A stretch of DNA of 38,039 nt from Candidatus Bilamarchaeaceae archaeon (GTDB taxonomy: Archaea; Micrarchaeota; Micrarchaeia; Anstonellales; Bilamarchaeaceae). The stretch is taken from positions 69,204 through 107,242 of the forward strand of contig JAVZJR010000003.1 of assembly GCA_038870635.1 (NCBI GenBank), in the 5' to 3' direction. Below, piece by piece: positions 28,673 to 37,123 of the stretch. Position 1 is the first letter of the stretch. Each line of letters begins with the position of its first letter. The notes beneath the pieces are model-generated. The model did no database searches and was not told where the DNA came from. It saw only the letters and a list, made by a program, of their open reading frames with translations. Position numbers and translations under genes: made by a program.

Positions 28673-30940
28673 TCACTCTGAAATTGTTTTTATTTTTTCT
28701 TTGAATAACTCATAACTCTCCTTTAATCTTTCTTTTGGTATGAATAGAGCGCAGTCATAACCGCTTATTTTGGTGATTAAGAATACTGTTTTATTCCCAA
28801 CTGAAATAAAACTCTCGGGAGCGCCCGTTCCCATCGCTTTATTTAGTGAGTATATGTAAGAACGCAATCTTAAGAGTAGAACAGAAGAAACAGTTGCGCT
28901 TTTTTCTCCTTCAATGTAAGATGCTACTATATTTTCATTTTTTATCAATATGCCACCATTGAGCATTTTTTTATTGGCCATTTCTCTTAAGAGCATAGAT
29001 GCTGTTATTTTTTTTCTTTTTAAAACATCTTTTTCAAAAATTATTTCATCAGAAGAGTGCTCGCTTGCATACCGTGCAAGCGCCCATCCTCTAAGCTCTG
29101 GCTTTATGAATAATAACATATTAGAAGAGACCTCGTTTCTTTCGATTAGTTCTTTTTCTATTTGTTCTCTCCACTTCGGCCAATTCTCTTCTACTGCATT
29201 AGTTTTTTCTTTTACCGTCGCTATTGCAGCTTCTACTTTATCAAGATTTTCAGCTAATATTATAGCATTTTCTGGGCTCATCTTTCTTTCTAGAAGGGAT
29301 ATCCTCTGTGGCGATATCGAAGCAAGCACTTCTTGTTCCTTTGAAACATCCACTCCTGTAGCAGCTGCCTTTTGTATAATATCTTTTAGTTCTGCAATTC
29401 TTTCTTTGAGTTGTACCACCTGCCCTATATAATCCTGTCTTCTTGCTCTTCGTGTAGCTCCATAGTATTTATCAAGAATTGATACTTTCAGAAGATTTTC
29501 TAAACCATCATATAACATTATGACGGCAGCGATGGCGATTATCATACCGCTTAGGTGGATAAACATAGCGTTTGGGTTATCAAAATCAAATTGGGTGATG
29601 TCTACAATGTTCTTTATAATGACTGGCTCTGGTACTAAATAATTATTAAGTATGAATGCGACTACAAACATTATGAGAGCTGCAGGAATGCTAAATTTCC
29701 ATCTTATTGGAGTTTTACTTAGTTTTGAAACTACCTCGTCTAAAAATTTTTTTCCGCTTAGAGCGCCCCTAACGCCAATAAAAGCTAAAGATAACAACGT
29801 ATATGTTAGCATAAAAATAGCCAACGTTAAGCCTAGCGCCAAGCCGGCAGCGAAGTAATGGGACGAAGTTATATCTGAAAACACTAAGAAGATGGAATTT
29901 ATAGCGGCTATCAAGGCAAGATTTGCGTAGGTTATCTTTGTTTTTGGTATAACCACGTTATTTATGTATTCTTCAGGTGTTTTTTCTGTTTGAAAAGAAT
30001 AAGTAAAAACATATGTTTTTGTGGCTATTGATGCTGAAGACCATTTTATGTTTGTTTTTTCGTTCTCAATAAGTCTTGAAATTGTTTGAGGACTTGTCAC
30101 TAAATCTGTTTCAACCTGAAATGGTATCCTATCCTCTACGCTCATTGAAACCGCTTGTTCATAATACTCTTGACCTTCTCCTTCAACTTCTATATAAACT
30201 TTATATTTGTAGTATTTTGTTTCGACTTCGTAGTTTCCTATCTTTTTTGCAGCACTTATTATTCTCTCAGCTCCATAATTACCTTGCTCGCAAAGTTTTG
30301 TATATTTTTCAACAAAAAGCGGGTTAGTATTTATTTCTGCTATAGCATTCTTCGCTTCAAAAATATAATCCAAATAAACATTCTTTCTTTCGTTTTTTTC
30401 ATCTCTTACAAGTTGTGGTAAGATTGTCCGTGCATTTGTGATACTGTTATCAACATCATCAATCTTCTTTTGGTAATCGATTATACTTTCACCGAGTATT
30501 TCGTTATAAGTACTTGATATCATTCTGCATCTATCTGACTTCAATGCGCACAGATTAACACATGTGCTTGGTGTGATGCATCTGCCAGAGCTTAAACCAA
30601 GTTTATTAACACAGGCATCGTAATCTTGCTTTTTTTCTATGACTGCATCACCTATGTCTAAGTCGACTTTTTGTACATACATGTCGGTTAAATTGTTAAA
30701 TTTTTTGTAAGTTGCAGATTGTAAATTTACCACAGCTACCGTACGGTGAAGTGTGTTTTTATCACCTATCTTTACTTTTTGAAAATCATAAATAGCATAA
30801 TCCCAAATACCATCCCCATCTATATCATATTCATTTTTATTAGCAAGGATATTTTTTTTCATTTCATAATTCTGTTGCTCGCTTATACAACCAAATATAA
30901 GAAATGCTAGCACCAAGGCAAAGAGTATTTTTAGCTTCAT
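28673..30940 (-). CDS. Lipoprotein-signal multi-pass membrane protein with coiled coil and C-terminal Roadblock-like domain
   Basis: LIFGC signal, DIDGDG loop, Cys-rich ectodomain, about 4 TM at residues ~340-480, coiled coil, C-terminal alpha/beta domain. Confidence 0.75.
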   Translation of the reverse strand: MKLKILFALVLAFLIFGCISEQQNYEMKKNILANKNEYDIDGDGIWDYAIYDFQKVKIGDKNTLHRTVAVVNLQSATYKKFNNLTDMYVQKVDLDIGDAVIEKKQDYDACVNKLGLSSGRCITPSTCVNLCALKSDRCRMISSTYNEILGESIIDYQKKIDDVDNSITNARTILPQLVRDEKNERKNVYLDYIFEAKNAIAEINTNPLFVEKYTKLCEQGNYGAERIISAAKKIGNYEVETKYYKYKVYIEVEGEGQEYYEQAVSMSVEDRIPFQVETDLVTSPQTISRLIENEKTNIKWSSASIATKTYVFTYSFQTEKTPEEYINNVVIPKTKITYANLALIAAINSIFLVFSDITSSHYFAAGLALGLTLAIFMLTYTLLSLAFIGVRGALSGKKFLDEVVSKLSKTPIRWKFSIPAALIMFVVAFILNNYLVPEPVIIKNIVDITQFDFDNPNAMFIHLSGMIIAIAAVIMLYDGLENLLKVSILDKYYGATRRARRQDYIGQVVQLKERIAELKDIIQKAAATGVDVSKEQEVLASISPQRISLLERKMSPENAIILAENLDKVEAAIATVKEKTNAVEENWPKWREQIEKELIERNEVSSNMLLFIKPELRGWALARYASEHSSDEIIFEKDVLKRKKITASMLLREMANKKMLNGGILIKNENIVASYIEGEKSATVSSVLLLRLRSYIYSLNKAMGTGAPESFISVGNKTVFLITKISGYDCALFIPKERLKESYELFKEKIKTISE

Positions 30941-30991
30941 AAAAGTGAATAGGTAGTTGAGATTTAAATATATTACTGGATTTGGGATAAA

Positions 30992-31789
30992 TCAGAAAAA
31001 CTGGAGTAAATCGAATTTTATAGTTTCGCCGTCTTTTGGCGCTATTGTAGGTATGCCTGTGTTTTTTTCAATTAGTTTTGCTTGAGCTGCTGGGCCTGCT
31101 CTTATCATAGCAATTCCCATATGGTTTATTATTGCCATTTTTGGTTTTGCTCCTTTTACGATTTCTATAGCGTGCGTTGTTTCTAAATGGTCGGGTATTC
31201 CGTCATGTTGGGGCTTGAGTACGTTTATGATAAGACAATCGCATCCTTTGAAATACTGCTGAAGTTCTTGGAAGTAATTAGTATCACTAGTGTACCCTAT
31301 TGTTTTGTTTTCTATAGTTATCTTAAAACCAAAAGTTGTCGGTTCATCGTGTTTAACTTTTATAAATTCCATCTCAAAACTTCCTTTTTCTGTTTGGAAT
31401 TTTGCTTTTTCTATATCTCCACTTTCAAATGCTGGGCAGTAGATTTGCGCGCAGTGTTCAACGTGATATTTAGTTATGAAGCGTTCGTTTGGATCTTCTA
31501 AAAGATTTTTACTCCCTATCAATATACCTTTTTTCTTAAGGGCATATCCACTCATTGCTTCTATCATGAGGTTTGCATCATTGCAATGGTCTATGTGAGA
31601 ATGCGTAACTATTAACACATCAAGTGATAACGGATTTTCCTTAACTTGTAAAGTTCGGATAAGAGCGCCTGGCCCGGGATCTACATGTATGTTGGCAACC
31701 GAAGAATTTATTCTAAATCCTCCTGTCCATCTTATCTGCTTTATAAGGTTTATTCTTCCGCCACCTGTTCCAAGAAATAAAATTTCCAT
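30992..31789 (-). CDS. Metallo-beta-lactamase fold hydrolase
   Basis: FLGTGGGR, VDPGPG, THSHIDH, KH, SDT, HL and NH motifs. Confidence 0.92.
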   Translation of the reverse strand: MEILFLGTGGGRINLIKQIRWTGGFRINSSVANIHVDPGPGALIRTLQVKENPLSLDVLIVTHSHIDHCNDANLMIEAMSGYALKKKGILIGSKNLLEDPNERFITKYHVEHCAQIYCPAFESGDIEKAKFQTEKGSFEMEFIKVKHDEPTTFGFKITIENKTIGYTSDTNYFQELQQYFKGCDCLIINVLKPQHDGIPDHLETTHAIEIVKGAKPKMAIINHMGIAMIRAGPAAQAKLIEKNTGIPTIAPKDGETIKFDLLQFF

Positions 31790-31818
31790 GTTTGATTTTG
31801 GTGCAGGAATTTTAATAA

Positions 31819-32973
31819 TTATTCTAGTCTTTGGAAATTTTTACGAATTTCTTTTATTTTTTCTTCATAAAATGAGTAACTTTTCCAGCTTTCATTTTTG
31901 AATTGGTAAAGATCGTTATCGCTTATGATAAAACTTATATGGTCTGGCATTCTTTCGCATTGTTTTTGCCCATCTTCACATAACTTAAGTTCTTTCCCTA
32001 TCTCGCCCATATACATTCCATTCTGAGGTTCGAAAATTTGAGCGCCATTTATTTTTTTTATTTCTTCTATTGAAGTAATGGTGTTTTCTGAAAGTGCGAT
32101 TATGCAATGGCCAGTGTAATAATCAATACCATAACATATAACGTATGGTTGGAGTTCTTCGAGTTTTCCTAAAGGTACATCGGTGCCATCTACATAATAC
32201 TCTATCATTCCTCTAGATGTTTTTTCAACATACACTGTGTAATGTCCATCACTTTTTACCTTCCACGCTTCTATTGTCCCTTTCTTATCAAGAGACTTAA
32301 GAGTGTTTAAAGTAGCTTTCAGGAAAAGCGCAAAATCTTCACAATCTCCTCCTTTATTTTTTAAGAGCTCATCTAAAGAAAGAAGTCGGTCAGGATCCTC
32401 TTGCACATAAACTATCTCTGCCTTTGCACTCATTACATATGCTATGCACCCAAGGTTAACCCGACCATCATCTATGCATTTTTGTTCCACTCGGTAAATA
32501 AAAGAATCAGCGCTGTGAGGAAGGTGCGAGTTTTTTTTAAACCAGGATACGGATTCATTTACCGTTTGCTCTAACTCTTCAATTTCTTTTGTTATACGAT
32601 TAATCTCTATTTTAGTCTTATTGAGTAGACTTCTTGTTGAGTTTAGTTCTTCTTTTGTTTTTTCTAAATCGCCTTTTGTTTCTTCTAACTGCTTTTTGGT
32701 TTCATTTAGTTTTACCTCTGTTTTTTCAAGAGTTTCCCTCGTTTCTTCAAGTTCAGAAATAGTTTTTTTAAGAGAGGAATTAAGCGCTTGCATTTCGGCG
32801 ATGGTTTTTGTAATAGTCATCTTTGTTTCTTTTATTTCTTTTTCTTGGAGCGCTATTGTAGACTTGCTTTTTTCATTTTCAAAATATAAAAACACATTTA
32901 CAAAAATCGATAGCAAAACAACACACATAAGAAATGCAATTATAAGAGGTGCTATTTTTTCCATTTTTTTCAC
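31819..32973 (-). CDS. Membrane-anchored coiled-coil protein with transglutaminase-like Cys protease domain
   Basis: N-terminal TM, ~110-aa heptad stalk, GDCEDFA, GHCII and FEPQ (Cys-His-Glu triad). Confidence 0.75.
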   Translation of the reverse strand: MKKMEKIAPLIIAFLMCVVLLSIFVNVFLYFENEKSKSTIALQEKEIKETKMTITKTIAEMQALNSSLKKTISELEETRETLEKTEVKLNETKKQLEETKGDLEKTKEELNSTRSLLNKTKIEINRITKEIEELEQTVNESVSWFKKNSHLPHSADSFIYRVEQKCIDDGRVNLGCIAYVMSAKAEIVYVQEDPDRLLSLDELLKNKGGDCEDFALFLKATLNTLKSLDKKGTIEAWKVKSDGHYTVYVEKTSRGMIEYYVDGTDVPLGKLEELQPYVICYGIDYYTGHCIIALSENTITSIEEIKKINGAQIFEPQNGMYMGEIGKELKLCEDGQKQCERMPDHISFIISDNDLYQFKNESWKSYSFYEEKIKEIRKNFQRLE

Positions 32974-33515
32974 TCTATTATTGTTTGCTTTTCAGCATCT
33001 TTTCTGCTCCTTGCATCATCTACTATGGCCAGCCAGGAGTCGCCTATTTTTGTCGTATAATTACCAAATGTTTTGCTTAATGTTATCCGCATCGGTCGAT
33101 ACTTCCTTCTACTCTCTGCGGCAACAATGGTGTCTCTCTCTATTTTTATCATACCAACTCTTCTTAGCCTTGGTAAAACTCTATTGTAAAATGTTGCTTT
33201 AGAGATTTTGTTGGATGATATGAAAGATGACAAATCGCTTCCATCTATTTTTACCTTTTCGACAAGAATCTTCATAAAAGCAACCGCTATCTCGTGATAT
33301 TTTTCTTGATATTTTTTAGGAAAGACGAAATTTATAACCTCCTCTAAATTCCACAAATTTCTAGTCAATTGTTCATTATCATCTTGAAACTTTCTTACCT
33401 CAGAGAAAGGTGGAAAAAATAATGATTCTGAAGAAGGTATCCCTCTTGATGCGATTGTCTTTTGTTTTTTTACTTCTTGTGTCTCTTGCTCTTCTGTCAT
33501 AATGGCATTACTCAC
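32970..33515 (-). CDS. Putative winged-helix DNA-binding protein
   Basis: ISKATFYNRVLPRLRRVGMIKIER helix-wing pattern. Confidence 0.65.
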   Translation of the reverse strand: MSNAIMTEEQETQEVKKQKTIASRGIPSSESLFFPPFSEVRKFQDDNEQLTRNLWNLEEVINFVFPKKYQEKYHEIAVAFMKILVEKVKIDGSDLSSFISSNKISKATFYNRVLPRLRRVGMIKIERDTIVAAESRRKYRPMRITLSKTFGNYTTKIGDSWLAIVDDARSRKDAEKQTIIE

Positions 33516-33539
33516 GTTTAGGATTAAAAAGTTTCGTAA

Positions 33540-34211
33540 TCATGCGTTTGTTGTAAGGAAAGCCCACCAGGGTACGTTTGTTTTTAAAACTTCGCCGTTT
33601 TCTGCATCAACTTCTGCATCCACTGGCATTTCAGCATCAAAGATGCCCAAAATTTTTACTCTTTTCTTTGCTTCTATTTTATAGACTGCACGCGTTTCAT
33701 TTCCTTGGCCGACTTCTTTAAGTTCAATAAGGCAGTTGTTTTCAAGCGAGCATACCTTTAGTTGCAAACGCTCTATTGCTCTTTCTGCAGCTACGTTTGG
33801 CATGATTTTAATCTCAAAAACTCTGTTATTACTTAGGTTCAGACGCAGACGTGTTCTGTTTTCGTTTCTTTCTTGTTCTACTTTGAGATTTGTTTTAACT
33901 GTTAGGTTTTCAGTTTTTATTAAAATAGCATCTTCTTGCTTTTCTAGTTGGACTTCGTTTTCAACTTCGTTTCTTATTTTGTTTTCATCTCCTTTATTTT
34001 GTTCTTTTAAGTTTTCTTTTTCTAAAACTCTTTCTGGTTCGCCTTGCCCCTTGTTTTTTTCTTCTGCGCTTTTATTTATTATGTAATCGTTTTTTTCATT
34101 TTTATCAGGATTTTTATTTGCTATATTTGCCGGTGCAATAGCAAAAGATACTGCAATAATCAACCCTAAAAACAAAAGTAAGAATAATTTTTTCATGGTT
34201 AGGTATAGCAT
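33540..34211 (-). CDS. Secreted protein with PepSY-like C-terminus
   Basis: Signal peptide, E/N/K-rich linker, VYKIEA...VDAENGEVLK, PWWAFL end; true start may be MKKLF. Confidence 0.7.
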   Translation of the reverse strand: MLYLTMKKLFLLLFLGLIIAVSFAIAPANIANKNPDKNEKNDYIINKSAEEKNKGQGEPERVLEKENLKEQNKGDENKIRNEVENEVQLEKQEDAILIKTENLTVKTNLKVEQERNENRTRLRLNLSNNRVFEIKIMPNVAAERAIERLQLKVCSLENNCLIELKEVGQGNETRAVYKIEAKKRVKILGIFDAEMPVDAEVDAENGEVLKTNVPWWAFLTTNA

Positions 34212-34221
34212 CTAATCTTTT

Positions 34222-34896
34222 TTAATTTTTCTTCTTTAAAGCAGAAGTAATAACATATCCTTTTTCTATGTTTATACTTTTATCATCCGTAAAGAACTTG
34301 TTAAGTACAGTTGTTACTGCTATAAATGAGATGGCAACGCCACTAGCAAATATTGCTCTTTCAACTGCAACTATTGGTATTAAAGCAAGCCAGTAAGCTG
34401 GAGTCGTTTGAAATGTGTATAAAAACGCAATACTACCAACAGCATGAGCCATAAAGCTTGCGCCAAGTGAGCGGAAAAATAGATTATTTGGCAAAAGATA
34501 AGCTACTATTGGTATAAGCCAATAAAGAGAGTATACCCAAGCCTCCTGCCCTACTGGGTGGGCAATAAACATTGCCATTGCAATAACAGGAACAATGAGA
34601 AGGTATTTGTCTTTTTTGTAGTTTGCAAAATACCATGTTGCAAAAACCATCGTGAATATTCGTGCAATGTCAAATATTCCTATTTCAGGCGTAGCTGTAA
34701 ATATTGTTATGGCCCGTGCAACGATGACTACAATGGCGCCGTATAAGGGACCAAGAAATGCTGCGGGCAATGGACCAAAAAACTCGTAAAGAGTGAAATA
34801 TTTAGATGTTTCCGCTATACGAGAAATAGGCACATAAACTGATATAAAAACCAAAAAAGTAAAAATCAGAATAAAAGCTAACTTTTTGTATTCCAT
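34222..34896 (-). CDS. Integral membrane protein, ECF S-component-like
   Basis: 224 aa, about 6-7 TM, FFGPLPAAFLGPLYG motif. Confidence 0.6.
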   Translation of the reverse strand: MEYKKLAFILIFTFLVFISVYVPISRIAETSKYFTLYEFFGPLPAAFLGPLYGAIVVIVARAITIFTATPEIGIFDIARIFTMVFATWYFANYKKDKYLLIVPVIAMAMFIAHPVGQEAWVYSLYWLIPIVAYLLPNNLFFRSLGASFMAHAVGSIAFLYTFQTTPAYWLALIPIVAVERAIFASGVAISFIAVTTVLNKFFTDDKSINIEKGYVITSALKKKN

Positions 34897-34927
34897 AAAA
34901 ACACCTTAATAATTAATAGATAAAAAA

Positions 34928-35731
34928 TTATTTGCGTGGCATCTCTGGCTCTTCTATTTCAGAGGGATAGTATGCAGTAGCTGCTTTTGTTGTTTCTTTC
35001 TTTTTCCTTAGTGCGAGTTCTTTTGCTATGAGTTCCTTAACTACTTTTTCGTGTATGAATCTTCTGCCACCAACTTTATAGTGAGGTATTCTTCCTCTAT
35101 CAAGTCTGCGCTCAAAGGCATTTCTCTTAATATTTATACCGTTTTCGTGAAGTTCTCGAAGCGCTTGCGAAACAGAATAATAATTTTTGCTAACATGAGT
35201 AAGTGCTTCTATCGCCTCAACAGGTATCAATCTTCTTGTACCTATTTTTACTGAAGGAACTGATCCTTTTTCAACACGACCTATAAAAGCACGGAAATTA
35301 ATATCAGGATTAGCTTTTTTGTATTCTTGGAATGCTTCTTTTACAGTATAAAATTCTTCTTTGGTTTCAAGAATGTTATCTAAAACATCTTTGTGTATAT
35401 ACCTTTTTCTACCGATTTTAACAAAAGGAATGGTGTTTCTTTCTATTCTACCACCGAAGGCACGAAATGATAAAAGAAGACCATTGCTGCGAAGATAATC
35501 ATATGCTTCTTTTATAGAATATAGCTTATGTGTTTCACGAAGAGATTTTTCCTCTGTTTTTTGTTTATAAAGTTGTTGTGCTGCTTGGAAAACACTCATC
35601 AACGACGAAGTTAAACTTTTCTCCTCTTCTATTTTTTCTTTTTCTATTTCTTTAACATCAAGGTTTCTAAATCTGTCAATCCACTTATCATTAATCTCAG
35701 TCTCTATAATTATTCTTTTTCCCCGGGGCAT
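34928..35731 (-). CDS. DNA-binding protein with three tandem Xis/BldC-like (HTH_17/MerR-type) domains
   Basis: Three ~57-aa repeats Y[ST][IV]..A...F..R[IVL][ED][RK]..[IV]P..K[IV]G..R.I; ATG 35731 follows a GAAGGTGA RBS (track start 35740 lies inside the RBS). Confidence 0.8.
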   Translation of the reverse strand: MPRGKRIIIETEINDKWIDRFRNLDVKEIEKEKIEEEKSLTSSLMSVFQAAQQLYKQKTEEKSLRETHKLYSIKEAYDYLRSNGLLLSFRAFGGRIERNTIPFVKIGRKRYIHKDVLDNILETKEEFYTVKEAFQEYKKANPDINFRAFIGRVEKGSVPSVKIGTRRLIPVEAIEALTHVSKNYYSVSQALRELHENGINIKRNAFERRLDRGRIPHYKVGGRRFIHEKVVKELIAKELALRKKKETTKAATAYYPSEIEEPEMPRK

Positions 35732-35744
35732 TTTATTCACCTTC

Positions 35745-35780
35745 TATGTTATTTTATGATCATTTATGTTATTAATTGTA
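35745..35780. repeat. Phased direct repeats TATG[T/A]T with exact 10-bp period
   Basis: TATGTT 35745, TATGAT 35755, TATGTT 35765, degenerate ATTGTA 35775; lies between the TTTATAAA box (35791-35798) and the RBS of the triple-HTH gene. Confidence 0.65.
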
Positions 35781-35812
35781 AAACATACTCTTTATAAATA
35801 TTTTGTTTTTTT

Positions 35813-37057
35813 TCACCCATTTTTTTGTTTTTCTATAAATTTTTTTAATAGATATATGACAAAAATTATAAATATTAACCCAAAAACCGCATAAAAAATT
35901 GGGTATTCTTCATTCTTTTCCTCTTTTTCATGTTTATTACCACTTTCATTTTGTGGTTTTTCGATTGTGGTTTCTATAACAAATCTCCCGCTTTTGTAGG
36001 CTTTATTACCTTCATAATCACTTGCTTCGACATTGAATTCAACTATTGTTCCTTTTTCTAGTTCTGGAAAATCAATTCCATATAGATTGCTACCTAATGA
36101 ATATGTTTTTGCCTTTTGCCATTGTCCATCAGGCAATAATCTGTAATTTATTCTTATTGAAAGTGGGTCAACACCACTTGCGTATTGACCTAAGTCATTT
36201 ATCTCAAAAGACATTCTTACTCTATTGTTTGAAAGATTGTGTTTTGGTTCATTTATTAGCGGTGCGTTTAGGTCAAAATATATACTTTCTTTTGGTTTTT
36301 CTTTAGCATTGACTATGAGGTTTTTCTGTATGTTGTCATACTGTACTTTAATCTCAACCACATCATTATAAACTTTAAACACTACTTTTCCTTCCTCTGT
36401 TTTCAAAGTTTCGTTGGAGTATGATACAAGTGCACTAAGTGGTTCACCTCTATCGTCGTAAACATCTATTTTTACTTCGTAAATTGGTATTATAGCTTCT
36501 CGTGTTGTGTCCCCTCTAACTAAAATAAAACCACTTTCGCTTCCGCTTCTATATGTTACTAAATACTGTCGTGTTCCATTCTCACTATACATTATTACAT
36601 TTCCGTTCTTGTTAGTTTTTTTAGTTTCATTATTAAAAAAAACAGTTGCATTTTCTAATGGTTTGCCATTTTGGTCTCTTACATAAAAAATTACTCTATA
36701 AATGGGTAATTTAACATCTATAATTTGGGGATGTTTGAGAGCAGTTATTGTTTTTTTAGCAGATGTTGGACCAAATGATGCGTCTATATATATGTTACAA
36801 TCTATTTTTCGTGTTTGTGTTCCTTGATTTAGAAGAGTGAAGTAAACGCTTCCGTTTTCATCTGTTTTTTTTGGTTGGGTGGTAAAGTATTTCTCTCCAA
36901 AAGACGTTCCCCTATCAAAAGTTACGCTAACACTCGCACCTTCAACTGGTCTTATTAAGGAATCCAATACTCTGATGTGGAGATTTTCACTATAACCCAC
37001 GCAATCATCAGCAAATGTAACAGCAACTAAGAGTAATAGAAGGAATGCCAATTTCAT
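35813..37057 (-). CDS. Cell-surface protein with carboxypeptidase-regulatory-like (transthyretin-fold) repeats and C-terminal TM anchor
   Basis: Signal peptide; repeats V.D...P[VL]..A.V...T..NG; Ig-like domain; C-terminal TM followed by basic tail. Confidence 0.8.
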   Translation of the reverse strand: MKLAFLLLLLVAVTFADDCVGYSENLHIRVLDSLIRPVEGASVSVTFDRGTSFGEKYFTTQPKKTDENGSVYFTLLNQGTQTRKIDCNIYIDASFGPTSAKKTITALKHPQIIDVKLPIYRVIFYVRDQNGKPLENATVFFNNETKKTNKNGNVIMYSENGTRQYLVTYRSGSESGFILVRGDTTREAIIPIYEVKIDVYDDRGEPLSALVSYSNETLKTEEGKVVFKVYNDVVEIKVQYDNIQKNLIVNAKEKPKESIYFDLNAPLINEPKHNLSNNRVRMSFEINDLGQYASGVDPLSIRINYRLLPDGQWQKAKTYSLGSNLYGIDFPELEKGTIVEFNVEASDYEGNKAYKSGRFVIETTIEKPQNESGNKHEKEEKNEEYPIFYAVFGLIFIIFVIYLLKKFIEKQKNG

Positions 37058-37123
37058 AAGAAGTAAATATCTTGTACTAATTTTTAAATACTTATGTACA
37101 ACTAAAAAGTTTAAGGTGTTTTT

